Source: Spirochaetia bacterium
GTDB lineage: Bacteria; Spirochaetota; Spirochaetia; DSM-27196; Salinispiraceae
DNA: 64,000 nucleotides
Reading direction: 5' to 3'
Assembly (NCBI GenBank): GCA_038204425.1
Contig: JBBRCZ010000010.1
Span: forward strand, 46,302 to 110,301
Shown here piece after piece: positions 19,909 to 31,100 of this stretch. The notes under the pieces are model-generated. The model was not told where the DNA came from. It searched no databases and saw nothing but the letters and a program-made list of their open reading frames with translations. The stretch's first letter is position 1. The number at the start of each line of letters is the position of its first letter. The translations under genes were made by a program, and so were the position numbers.

Positions 19909-20676
19909 TCAGTTTTTCTTTTTTGGAGTGGACCCAAAGCCTTGTTTGCTCCTGATCGCATAAAGAAGTACGGCACAGGCTACAGAAACGTTGAGCGATT
20001 CAAGGTGTCCACCTTGTGGAATGGATACGATATGGTCGCAGTTGCTGTGCACAAGACTAGAGAGTCCATCACCTTCGCTGCCCATGATCAGCATCAAGGG
20101 TAGATTGGTATCAATGCTGCCTATCGGTACGCCGTTCATATCGGCACCAAGCACCCAAAAACCCTGCTCCTTGGCAAGTTTTATGCTACGGTTGAGATTG
20201 GTCACCTCCACAACAGAAACCCATTGGTCTGCACCTGCAGACGTTCTGCTTACGGTGTCATTTAGGCGCACACTACGGTGAGAAGGCAAAAGAACGCCGT
20301 CGGCTTCAAATATATCGCTGCTGCGTAGAATGGCACCTAGGTTATGCGGGTCGCTCAATCCATCTAAAGCTAAGAGCAAGGGCGGCCATTGACTTGTTCT
20401 TGCCTCTGACAAACAGTTGGCGAGCAATTCCTCATAGTTTCCGGTCTTGGGCACTAAGTGTTCGGGAACCATCAGTATGCCACCCTTGTGGGCACCATTG
20501 GCCATTCTATCAAGGTCCTGCTGGCTAGTATTTTGAATCTCTACTTTTTGTTGTCTGGCAAGTTCTATAATCGCCTTAAACTTTGCAACTGGCTTATCAC
20601 CGCAATAGAGCACACAGTCTTGAGGATCTCTAAGAATCTGCTGTTCGATGGCATGAATTGAAGTGAGCTTTACCAT
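19909..20676 (-). CDS. rlmB: 23S rRNA (Gm2251) 2'-O-methyltransferase, TrmH/SpoU family
   Basis: LDGLSDPHNLGAILRS, RTSAGA, MGSEGDG, ESLNVSVA. Confidence 0.92.
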   Translation of the reverse strand: MVKLTSIHAIEQQILRDPQDCVLYCGDKPVAKFKAIIELARQQKVEIQNTSQQDLDRMANGAHKGGILMVPEHLVPKTGNYEELLANCLSEARTSQWPPLLLALDGLSDPHNLGAILRSSDIFEADGVLLPSHRSVRLNDTVSRTSAGADQWVSVVEVTNLNRSIKLAKEQGFWVLGADMNGVPIGSIDTNLPLMLIMGSEGDGLSSLVHSNCDHIVSIPQGGHLESLNVSVACAVLLYAIRSKQGFGSTPKKKN

Positions 20677-20683
20677 ATATGCC

Positions 20684-21124
20684 TTATTTTTTTGGGCCTT
20701 GTTGACCAAATGATTTTACAATATCGACCAAGCCATCAAAGTTGGTGTCACGTTCATATGCCTCTACCCAAGATCCCTCAAAAATATGTACCCACAAGTC
20801 TATCTTGCCGTCAAAGTTGGAGTCTACTTCGCGTCTAGTCAGAACACCGCTTTCATAGATGTAGAAATCATCCATGTTGCCGTCCTGGTTATAATCCAGG
20901 GCCTCTTTTTGCAGGGTGCCCTTGCGATCGTACAGGGCTGCGTAATCGGCAACACCGTTCTCACTCTGATCCACAAGCGTCCAGCTGCTTTCGTATTCCG
21001 TAACCGAGACAGGGAAAGCTGGACGGGTGTCTTTTGCTTCACCAACCTTTACAAGAACGAGTGAACTAAGGTTGCTAAGCAAACCGGCTAGAATGATAAA
21101 AAAAATAACAAATTTAGTTTTCAT
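20684..21124 (-). CDS. Secreted hypothetical protein with repeated Dx[DN]xDG loops
   Basis: Signal peptide; DYNQDGNMD, DSNFDGKID, DTNFDGLVD. Confidence 0.8.
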   Translation of the reverse strand: MKTKFVIFFIILAGLLSNLSSLVLVKVGEAKDTRPAFPVSVTEYESSWTLVDQSENGVADYAALYDRKGTLQKEALDYNQDGNMDDFYIYESGVLTRREVDSNFDGKIDLWVHIFEGSWVEAYERDTNFDGLVDIVKSFGQQGPKK

Positions 21125-21131
21125 CTTGCTT

Positions 21132-21145
21132 ATATCGGCACATAG
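21132..21145 (-). promoter_or_regulatory. Sigma28-like -10 element (CTATGTGCCGATAT) 7 nt before the ATG at 21124
   Basis: GCCGATAT matches the FliA/SigD -10; no clear TAAA -35. Confidence 0.45.
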
Positions 21146-21176
21146 AAATCATAAACAAAGTAGCTCAACTAAAAAA

Positions 21177-22325
21177 TTAGACTCCGCCCTCGTTCCTAAG
21201 TTGCGCTAAAGGAATTGGCTTAGGATGATCGATCGAGCCTTCGACTTCCGAAAATTCCTTGAGCAATGCTTTGCCTTTGATACTCAACTTGTGAGGAACT
21301 TCAACCCTAATCTTTAGATAGAGATCACCACGTCGATCTCCGCCATTGAGAATCGGTACGCCCTCGCCTCTGATGCGAAGAACTTTGCCACTTTGAATCC
21401 CAGCGGGAACTTTAGCTTTGATCTGTCGTCCATCCAAATTGTCTACCACTATATCCGCACCCAAACTAGCTTGGGCAATATCAATTGGAACTACACAATA
21501 GAGATCAGCACCATCGCGCTCAAAGTGCTCATGCCCTTTGACGTGGATAAACACATAAAGATCACCGGCGACTCCACTGTTTGGACCTGCGTCGCCTTGG
21601 TTGGGTATGCTGATTCGTTTACCATCTTCAATGCCGGCCGGTATAGTAACCTTAATTTTTTGCGCTTTTTTGGAGAGGCCAGAGCCAGAACAGACTTTAC
21701 ATGGCTTTTCTACTATTTGGCCTTCGCCGTTACAAGTTGGACAGGCACTAGCGATAGAAAAAAAGCCGGAACTTCGTCTCACTTGCCCTGAACCATTACA
21801 GGTTGGGCAGGTTTTTCTGACACCACCGTCTTGGCTGCCACTACCCTTACAGGCCTCACAGTGCACTTGGTGTTGGTAGCTTATCTCTACTTTGGCTCCA
21901 AATGCCGCGTCTGCAAAACTAAGCTCAAGATCGTAGCGCAAGTCGTTGCCGCGCTGTACGGCGCTACGACCTCGTCCAGCACCTGATCGGCGTGAACCAG
22001 ATCCACCAAAGAAGGAATCAAAAATGCCGGAAAAATCGCCAAAAATATCTTCAAAGTCCCTGTAAACATGGGAGTAGTCATGGGCTGCACTGCCCATGCC
22101 GTCTATGCCCGCAAAACCATGCTGGTCATAGATCTGCTTTTTTTTGTCGTCAGACAAGACCTCGTAGGCCTCGGTCGCTTCCTTAAATTTTTCTTCGGCG
22201 GCCTTGTCATCTGGGTTTTTATCCGGATGAAACTGAACTGCAAGCTTACGATAAGCTTTTTTTATTTCGTCTTTATTGGCAGACTTGGTAACGCCCAAAA
22301 CTTCGTAATAGTCACGCTTGGCCAC
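21177..22325 (-). CDS. dnaJ: Chaperone DnaJ
   Basis: J domain with HPD, G/F region, four CxxCxGxG repeats. Confidence 0.99.
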   Translation of the reverse strand: MAKRDYYEVLGVTKSANKDEIKKAYRKLAVQFHPDKNPDDKAAEEKFKEATEAYEVLSDDKKKQIYDQHGFAGIDGMGSAAHDYSHVYRDFEDIFGDFSGIFDSFFGGSGSRRSGAGRGRSAVQRGNDLRYDLELSFADAAFGAKVEISYQHQVHCEACKGSGSQDGGVRKTCPTCNGSGQVRRSSGFFSIASACPTCNGEGQIVEKPCKVCSGSGLSKKAQKIKVTIPAGIEDGKRISIPNQGDAGPNSGVAGDLYVFIHVKGHEHFERDGADLYCVVPIDIAQASLGADIVVDNLDGRQIKAKVPAGIQSGKVLRIRGEGVPILNGGDRRGDLYLKIRVEVPHKLSIKGKALLKEFSEVEGSIDHPKPIPLAQLRNEGGV

Positions 22326-22394
22326 AATCGTCCTCTTTTTGTATCTTTTTGCTCATTTGGCTATCTAAAAGGCAAGCCGTAACAAACTTATAAT

Positions 22395-22429
22395 GGATTC
22401 AACCAAGATATTCTATCCTGGTTGAATCC
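22395..22429. terminator. Long stem-loop between dnaK and dnaJ
   Basis: GGATTCAACCAAGATA-TTC-TATCCTGGTTGAATCC; no U tract on the coding strand. Confidence 0.55.
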
Positions 22430-22445
22430 TAATGTACAAAAACGC

Positions 22446-24380
22446 CTATTTCTTATCGTCGTCGACGACCTCGTAGTCCACGTCTTCCGCTGTATTGCGT
22501 GAAGACGACTTAGATTGATCCGCTTCACCTTCTTGGCTAGGACCAGCATTTTCTTGCGCTGCGTCAGCTTGTGGAGCAGCATTTTTGTAGAGTTCTTCGC
22601 TCATTTTGTAAGAAATTTGGTTAAGTTCTTCGGTTTTGGCTTTTATCTGAGCCACATCACCGCTCTCGATAGCCTTACGCAGCTCAGCCGAAGCCTTGTC
22701 CACTGCCTCTTTATCTGCTGCGCTAACCTTATCGCCAAGTTCTTTTATGGTCTTTTCTGTCGAGTACAGCAAGCTGTCAGCGTTGTTGTGCACTTCGGCT
22801 TTTTCTTTGGCCAACTTGTCTTCATCAGCGTGCAACTCAGCATCCTTAACCATGCGGTTAATTTCTTCTTCGTTTAGACCGGAACTCGATTCGATACGAA
22901 TTTTTTGTTCTTTTCCGGTGCCCAAGTCTTTGGCAGATACATGCACTATACCATTTGCGTCAATATCAAAACTAACTTCTACTTGTGGAACCCCTCGCGG
23001 TGCACTTGGTATTCCTAGTAAGTCAAAGCGACCAAGCGTTCGGTTTTGGCTTGCAATTTCACGCTCGCCTTGTAGGACATGTATAGAAACTGCAGTTTGG
23101 CCATCAGCCGCAGTAGAGAAGATCTGGCTTTTTTTGGTTGGGATGGTAGTGTTTCGTTCGATTAGTCTTGTAAAAACCCCGCCCAAGGTCTCAATTCCCA
23201 AGGAAAGCGGTGTAACGTCAAGCAGCAGTACGTCTTTAACATCGCCACCAAGAATACCACCTTGAATTGCAGCACCAACTGCTACTGCTTCGTCAGGGTT
23301 AACACCCTTATTTGGCTCTTTGCCAAACAACTCTTTAACCAACTTTTGTACGGCAGGAATTCTTGTGGAACCACCAACCAAGATTACTTCGTCGATATCG
23401 GAGGCACTCAAGCCAGCGTCTTTAAGCGCGTTAAGGCATGGTTGCTTAGTTCGTTGAATCAAGTCTTCGATCATTTGTTCAAACTTGGCACGCGTAATCG
23501 TGTACTGCAAGTGCTTGGGGCCCGAGGCATCGGCGGTAATGAACGGCAGGTTGATTTCTGCGTTTTGTTGACCAGACAAGTCCTTCTTGGCGCGTTCTGC
23601 TGCTTCTTTGAGGCGTTGCAATGCCATTCGGTCGGTACTTAGATCAATGCCAGAATCTTTCTTAAAGCTATCAATCAACCACTCAATAATTCTAAGGTCA
23701 AAGTTGTCGCCACCCAAGTGGGTATCACCATTGGTAGACTTTACTTCAAAGACGCCATCACCAAGTTCCAAAATAGAAACGTCAAAGGTACCACCGCCCA
23801 AATCGTAGACTGCTATTTTTTCGTCCTTACCACTTTTGCCAAAACCGTAGGCCAAGGCGGCAGCTGTAGGCTCGTTAACAATTCGCTTAACATCCAGTCC
23901 AGCAATACGGCCGGCGTCTTTTGTTGCTTGTCTTTGTGCATCATTAAAGTAGGCTGGAACGGTCACGACTGCTTCGGTTACCGATTCTCCCAAATAGGCC
24001 TCGGCGGTTTCCTTCATCTTTTGCAAAATGGCAGCGGAGATCTCCGGAGGTGTCAGTTTGTTGCCGCTGATGTCGACTTTGACTGGACCATTGGCGTCCT
24101 TCTGGTCAATGTGATAGGGAACCAATTTTACTTCGTCGGTAACTTCACCCCCGCGACGTCCCATAAATCGCTTGATAGAAAAAATTGTATTCTCAGGATT
24201 GGTGATCATCTGGTTCTTGGCAGATTGGCCAACCAAACGCTCGTTCTTGGCGGTGTATGCAACAATTGAAGGTGTAGTACGTTGACCCTCGGAGTTTGCA
24301 ATTACAACGGGTTCGTTGCCTTCCATGATAGCAACACAAGAATTGGTTGTACCTAAGTCTATTCCTATAATCTTTCCCAT
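22446..24380 (-). CDS. dnaK: Chaperone DnaK
   Basis: [30 protein letters not shown]. Confidence 0.99.
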   Translation of the reverse strand: MGKIIGIDLGTTNSCVAIMEGNEPVVIANSEGQRTTPSIVAYTAKNERLVGQSAKNQMITNPENTIFSIKRFMGRRGGEVTDEVKLVPYHIDQKDANGPVKVDISGNKLTPPEISAAILQKMKETAEAYLGESVTEAVVTVPAYFNDAQRQATKDAGRIAGLDVKRIVNEPTAAALAYGFGKSGKDEKIAVYDLGGGTFDVSILELGDGVFEVKSTNGDTHLGGDNFDLRIIEWLIDSFKKDSGIDLSTDRMALQRLKEAAERAKKDLSGQQNAEINLPFITADASGPKHLQYTITRAKFEQMIEDLIQRTKQPCLNALKDAGLSASDIDEVILVGGSTRIPAVQKLVKELFGKEPNKGVNPDEAVAVGAAIQGGILGGDVKDVLLLDVTPLSLGIETLGGVFTRLIERNTTIPTKKSQIFSTAADGQTAVSIHVLQGEREIASQNRTLGRFDLLGIPSAPRGVPQVEVSFDIDANGIVHVSAKDLGTGKEQKIRIESSSGLNEEEINRMVKDAELHADEDKLAKEKAEVHNNADSLLYSTEKTIKELGDKVSAADKEAVDKASAELRKAIESGDVAQIKAKTEELNQISYKMSEELYKNAAPQADAAQENAGPSQEGEADQSKSSSRNTAEDVDYEVVDDDKK

Positions 24381-24418
24381 ATCATTCTCCTTAACTTTTA
24401 GTCGTAATTTGTATTCTT

Positions 24419-25039
24419 TTAAGATGAAACTTTTACTTTAGCAGTCCTTGCTATTTTGTCGTGTAAGAGATAACCACGTTGGTAAACTTCTAAGATTGTT
24501 CCGGCTTCTGTGTCAGGTTTCGCCTCAACCTGTATTGCCTCATGTCTGTCGGGATCAAAGGCTTCTTCAAGTGCCTCAAACCGTTTGAGTCCCCACTTTC
24601 TTTCCAGCATGCCAATAAACTGACGCTCAATGAGCTCAATACCAGCGTAAAAGGTGTCAAAATCATTAGACTCATTGGCAGACTTTATTGCTCGTTCAAA
24701 GTCATCAATCACCGTAATGATATCCGTCAAAATCTGCCTATTGGCCAAAAGGACAGAATCTTCTTTGTCCCTGAGAATACGTTTGCGTGAGTTTTCAAAA
24801 TCTGCACGAGTACGCAGAACTTGATCTCTTAAATCTGAGACATCTTGGACCGCTTTATCACGTTCCTTATTAGCCTGATCTAAAGCTATCTCAAGATCAG
24901 CAATGATTAGCTTATGTTGACTGTCTTTGTCACTTTCAATTCTTGCTTCGGTCTGGCTCTCGCTAGCCGATTTCAAACTCTCTAACCCAGCCACGTCGGA
25001 CTCAATAGTGTCCGAAGGCGGGCCTGCTGTTTCGCTCAC
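24419..25039 (-). CDS. grpE: Nucleotide exchange factor GrpE
   Basis: [44 protein letters not shown] 25039 behind GGAGGG. Confidence 0.97.
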   Translation of the reverse strand: MSETAGPPSDTIESDVAGLESLKSASESQTEARIESDKDSQHKLIIADLEIALDQANKERDKAVQDVSDLRDQVLRTRADFENSRKRILRDKEDSVLLANRQILTDIITVIDDFERAIKSANESNDFDTFYAGIELIERQFIGMLERKWGLKRFEALEEAFDPDRHEAIQVEAKPDTEAGTILEVYQRGYLLHDKIARTAKVKVSS

Positions 25040-25083
25040 CGTACCCTCCAATGTTTGTTTTCTGTACTGCACTATATGCTTTG

Positions 25084-25112
25084 AAACTACTGATAGTGAA
25101 TAGAAACGTCAA
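25084..25112 (-). promoter_or_regulatory. Putative sigma70 promoter of grpE-dnaK-dnaJ
   Basis: TTGACG-N17-TAGTTT; no CIRCE seen. Confidence 0.6.
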
Positions 25113-25130
25113 GAAGAATCAGACACCAAA

Positions 25131-28100
25131 CTAGGTTCTGGTTCCCCCCATTTCTAGAATTAGCTCTACTTCGCCGCGGCTAAGTTTAGTAGTGCGGGCT
25201 ATTTCTTCAATGCGCCAGCCTTGCTGGGATAACTTGATTACGACATCCCGTACACTTTGCGAAGGACCGCCAGCAAGAATAGATTGTTTTGCACTATCAT
25301 TAGCAAGATCCTGTTTTACCAAAGTAGAAAGAATATTTACTTTTTCGTCAGCTTCTTGGCTTATTTCGACCAGTCTAGTTTCGGTTCTTGCTAGCCACTC
25401 TCGTGACTTGTTAAGTTCTTCTATGCGACCTTCTACATCTTTAAGAACCTTATCTAAGTTTACCATGCTCTTTAGTGCCGTGTCTGCTTCTTTCTTATGT
25501 GAAGACAGATTGGCTACCCTGTCGCCCAAGTCCTGCACACGCTGCGGCAAACCATTGAGGGCGCCGTTAATTCCCTGAATCTGTCCTTCAATAGCTCGCA
25601 ATTGTTGAAAACTCTTCTCAATCCCCTCTGCTGTTGCATCAAGCACATCACCCTTGCGCTCAAGTCGCTCGTACTTGGCAGAAACATCTTTCTGCACGTC
25701 TTCGAGGTGGCGCATCGAAAGCTGAATTTCGGTGAGCGTATCATTGCTGGCGGTAACCTGAGCCATCTTCTGGTCAACAACATTAGAAATACTCATCAGC
25801 TTCTTGTAGTCATCATCAAGACTGTCCAAACGGCGCTTTTCGGCCGTAAGTTTGGCGATCTTTTCATTGGCTTCCTCAGCTAACTTGCGCACCTTGGTCA
25901 AATATGGGTCGAGATCTAGGATAGTCTTGCGCTGTTCTTCCACCGACTGAATATCTAAACGAAGCTTTTCTATTTGATCAGCAAGAGCATCCTTAAGACT
26001 GTCTGCTCGTTCAAATAGCTTGGTTTGAGCGACAAAACTTTTAACTCGTTTGTCGATTTCACGCAGGTTTACATCAACCGTCTTTACGTCATCATCTAGC
26101 TTGCCAAATAGGCGGCGTTGCAGTGTTTCAAACTCGTTGCGTGTTTCACTTGCAAACTGTTTAAAGCTGAGTATTTGAGTTTCGGTCTCTTCCTTGAGAT
26201 CACGATTTTGTTGCTGAATATCAATTTGAAAGCTCGAATAGTCTCGCGTCAAGCTATCAAGAACCTGGCGGGTCTTATATTCTAAATCGGTATGAAAGTT
26301 TGCAAGCTTTTCGGCCATATCGGAAACTTCTCGCTTAAGATTTGCTCTCTCAGCAGTACCCTCAGCTACTAAATCGTTGCGCTCTTTGTCAAAGTCAGTA
26401 CGTATAGTCTCAAGCTGGGTACTTGCATATGACTTTAGAGTGAGCAGTTCACTTTCCAATCCGCCTTGAGAAGCCTTCATATGATTAAATACCTGGCTCT
26501 GCCACTGAGTAACGTCAGACCGAATAGTTTCAAACATTGCTGTTAAGTCGCCTGACTGGTTTTTGTAGTCCTGGTCGTTCCTCTGTAGGCGTGCTTCTAC
26601 TTCTCTTTCATAGGTCCGGATTCGATTCTCGAGGTCTTGATTCATCCGCACAAACTCACGTTGCACGGCATCGATGGTACTGACCTGAATACCCTTAACC
26701 TCGTCACGGACGCTGGCTTGCACATTTAAAAGTTCCTGCTCGGTGCTGCCAAGGCGCTCTCGCAAAGATTCTTGAAAAGCATCAAACTCATCGCCGACCT
26801 TTTGCAGTCGCCCTTTAATGTGGGCGTCAAGTTCTCCCAGTCGAGTTCTGATTAAATTGTTGTAGGACTCTTCTAGCATCTGACGTTCGGCCTGTTCCTT
26901 AGAAGAAATACTCTCCAAGGTGCCTTGAACGTGGCCTTTCCAGTCAGCTATAGCATTCTCCATACGTTGGCTGCGTGCTTTTAGGTCTGCAAAAAAATTA
27001 TCCTCAAATCCCTTGAGTCCATCAGTTACGTTGTCATAAGCGCGCTTTTTTAGCTCATCGACATCGCGTTCTACATCTATCATCTTTAGGCCAATTGCTT
27101 CTAAATGCTTATGCGCTTGCTGAATATCAAGGTCGTGCTTGGCTCTAAAACCTTTGCCAAGTTCATCCACATCAATCTTTAGTTTTTGGGTAAGCCTCTC
27201 CATAGACTGGCGCAGGTTACCTTCCAAGTTGCCAATGTCGTCATTGACTGTCTCAATCTTTTCCATGCGGTAAGAAATTTCTTTTTCGTAGTCCTTTAGT
27301 CGAGTTTCCACCCCACCCAAGATACCTTGTTGATACTCTTCGCTCACTTGTCTAATTCTCGACGAAGTGTCACTTGCATAGCGCTTAATTTGTTCTTCCA
27401 GTTCGCGAACCTTTTGTGATACAGACTGCTCAAGCTGTGACATCAACTCTTGGGTCTCGCTGTTCATTTGCTTGCCGCGGCTGATGTCGTCACTACCCTG
27501 CGCTACAATGGCAGTAATTGAATGCCGTTGCTGTTCAAGTGACTTTAGCACTTGCTCATTCATAGTAGAGGTAATTGACTCACTCTGTGCTTTTATCTTT
27601 TCAATATCAGTTCGAAACACACCAATAGCTTCTTCTTGAAGTCTAAGACCTTCGGCTGCGACGTGAGCAAAACGATCTTTGATATCACCAGAAAAGTGTT
27701 CAAACTGAGATTGCAATCCACCCAACTGATTCTGCATGTCCTTGCGAGCCTGCCCAACATCTCCAGCAAAGTTTTCTATGTTTTGCCTCAACTGTTGCAT
27801 TACGTCATCACGATGGCGTGAGAGCTCTTGCTGCACCCCTTCACGAGTGGTGTCGGCCATAGTGCGAGTTTTGTCACGCAGCGTTTCAAACTCATTCTGC
27901 GCCATCAGTTCGGCTCGGTTAAAAATTTCTTGTATTTCTTGAAATCGAAGTTGAGCCGTGGCGTGCATATCTTGGGCGCGATGGTATTCGTCTTCAGACT
28001 CTTTAAGTTGTTTGGAAATCTCGCCTTGGTACTCGCCCAAAAGCTGATTGACCTCTGTTTTGACCTGACCTGTCATCTTTCGTGCTTCGTCACGCAGCGC

Positions 28101-31100
28101 ATCAACTCGTTCCTGAAATCCAGTCATTGCATCGCGTCGCAAACTGGCACCGTCGGCCTGTAATCCTTTGATTCGTTCCAGCACTTCACCACGCTGTTGC
28201 TCAAGTTGTTTTTGCAAAAGATCAAGTTCGCGGTCAAAGCTGGTTTTGTTGGTGCCGAGCTCAGTGCCCATATGTTCCCAGACTTGGCGGGCTTGGGCAA
28301 AAATAGCTTTGTGTTTTTCATCAGTGTCTTTGAGAAAACCCTCTTTAAAGACGTTGACTAAACGCAGCGCCTCGGCTGACTGTGAGTCCAAGTCTGACTT
28401 GATTTTGCCTCGTTGTTTTACCAATTCGGTGGAAACGTCACTAATCTGAGCTTCTATCTCTGATCGGATACCAGCAACCTTCTTGAGCTCGGTCTGGTAG
28501 GCCTCAACCTGCTTGCCAGCTTGAACTTGAGCATCTTTGGTAGCGAGAATAAACTCGTCTTGCACTGACCTTGTTAAGGCCTTTGCCTCGTCTCTCAACT
28601 TGGCGACTCGTTCCTTTAGCCCTTCAAAGGCTTGCTCTTCAATGGTCTTACTCTGTTCCTGAAGATTCTTAAGGTGTTCGCCAAAAGTAGTCTTCCATTG
28701 TTCGATTTGTTGGTTTAAGAACTTTACATCTTGATCAACATCGCTGCGGGAGTGAGAAATATCCGATTTAAGACGAATGACACTTTCGTCAAGCTCTTGA
28801 GTGACCTGTAGCTTCCGTTTTTCTAGTTCTACCAGTACGTCATCAAAACCATTGCTGGTTTGTGCACGAGCCATCTCGCGAACTTTTTCTAGTTCACCAG
28901 CGATATCGCGTTCGGTCTTGGCTACTAAATCTTGCCATGACGCAATCCGCCCCTGAGTTTCAACCCCAAGTGCAATTAGACGCTTAAGGTCATTCTCGTT
29001 AGAGTCCAGCAAGCCTTGCACTTTACTTTCTTGATCCTTGAGAACCACTTGGACTTCGTTTTGAATCTTGTCGTATAAGTCATTAGCTCGCTTTTGAACT
29101 TGAACAACTTGCTCCTGAACTTCTCCCAAGGTATCTTGATGAAGTCCTTGTGCCAGGCCTCGCAGCTCGCCAATTTGACGTTCTAAGCCACTCTTCCAAA
29201 AACTAAGTTCATCAGAAAAGACTTTTGCCGTATCCGTGAGCTCTTTAGTTTGCGAGTCTTTACGTTTCACAAACTCTTGGGCCGCTGCCTTTAGGTCGTT
29301 CTCAATATTATTTTTGGTTGAAACTAAACTGCGATCAAGCATGTTCTTGAGCTCAATGGCACCATCTTCAAAATCCTTACGTAAATTAGTAAAGGCCGCC
29401 AACGAGCCAGTTTTTAGTTCTTCTGTTCGGCGTACTTGGGCCTCCACTTGCGTATTTATGACATCATGTTGATTGGCGAGCTTTCGAAGCTCTTCCGAGC
29501 TTTGCGCTAAAAGCCCTTGTGTCTCTTTCTCTTGAACCTCCAGCAAGCCACTAACTTCTTTCTTTAGCTCCCCGGTTCGTACATCAAGCAAGTCTTCAAG
29601 TCCTTTAATCTTTTGATCAAAGCCAAACTTAGCTTGGTCGGCGCGACTAATTGATAGCGTCTCAACCTCGTTCATGCGGCCGTTTGCTCGCTCCTCCCAG
29701 TCATGGATAGAAGCAACGATTCGCTGGTATTCAATTCTAAGTTGATCTTCACCCTTGCCAAGTTCTTCTCTTATTTGAGTAAAGCCAGCAGAGGATCTGG
29801 TCAAAATTTCATCACGTCCGCGTTGATAGGTTTCATCAAGGTCGGTTGTTGTAGTCCGTGCCAACTGGGCTGCATGATCACGCAAACGAGAAAACTCATC
29901 TTGAACAACATCCTCGGCTTTGGTAATAAAGCCTTCCAAATCTCTAACACGACCTGATAAATGTTGTTCGTAGGCATCGAGTCGCTCGCGAGTTTCAACA
30001 ATGTAACCTTCGATTGTCTCTCGATGTTCCAGATTTGCCTTGCGACTAGATTCGTTGAGGGTTTGCACTTGGCTCTCAAGGCTAGACATATAGTCTCGAC
30101 TTGCTTCTATCCAACCATCAACTCGGCCGCGCATATCATTAAAGCTCTGGTCTATTTGATCGTGACTTGCCTTAACACTGGCGTTGACGTTGTCAACGCG
30201 CTGATTGATGGCTTCTTGCATGCTTTCTGTCTTGGTATCAACGTCGTTGCTGATGCGAGAAAGCAAAGTCTCGGCAAGAACAGAGCCGCGCTGCTGGGCT
30301 TCCAAAAGTTTTTCTTCAATTGCTTTTTCTGCGTCATAAATGTGACCTTCTAAGCGATCCAACTGACTTTGCGCACCACCTTGAAAATCTTTGATCAAGC
30401 CCTCTTGAAGAAGTACGGCCGATCGCAGGCTGTTTTCGAGCTCTGTTTGATGTCGGTCGGCATCGTTCTTGAGGTCTCGCATCTGCACTTCGTACCGATC
30501 ATCTTGTTCTCTCGAATGGCTTCGCAGCTCTTCTTCGAGACTGCTGTTGTAGTCAAGCACTTGATTTTGCCATTGACCGACCTCGCCCTTAAAGGTCTCA
30601 AGTTCCTTTTCCGTCAATTGACGTGCCTCACCGGCTAAGTCACGAACCATCAGTTGTAGTTCTTCCATGCGGGACTTGGCCTGGTCTTGGGCTTGGTGCA
30701 AGTCGAGCATAATTTCATCTTGAGCTTCTTTAATAAAATGAGACAAACCTGCCAGTTCGCCCGCGGCTTCTTGGTCTTTTTTCTTTAGACTGTCGCTAAG
30801 ACTTTGACCAGCCACCTGCAAAGTAGTCTGTAGCTCGCGCTCCCATGCCTCGGTCTTGTCCTTTAGGCGAACAATTTCACCCTCTACGGCTTGTTCTTCA
30901 GCACTAATCTTGAGACCAAGCTCGTCAATTATAGATCTAAGTTGTACGTAGCGTTCGTCTAAACCTTCTTGAATAGAAGCAGACAGTGTTCGCAAGGCTT
31001 CTGTTTCCATAACAGCACCCTTGGCGGCTACGGTATCGAGACGTTGGTAGTATTGGGCTTCAGTAGCCACAAGCCGTTGGCCAAATTCGTGTTCGACTTC

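Noticed and set aside
22515..24269. Long antisense ORFs opposite dnaK and other conserved genes
   Set aside because: A common by-product of codon bias in conserved genes; no motifs or translation signals
25040..25130. CIRCE or sigma32 element upstream of grpE
   Set aside because: No TTAGCACTC-N9-GAGTGCTAA or sigma32 consensus seen; a sigma70-like promoter explains the region
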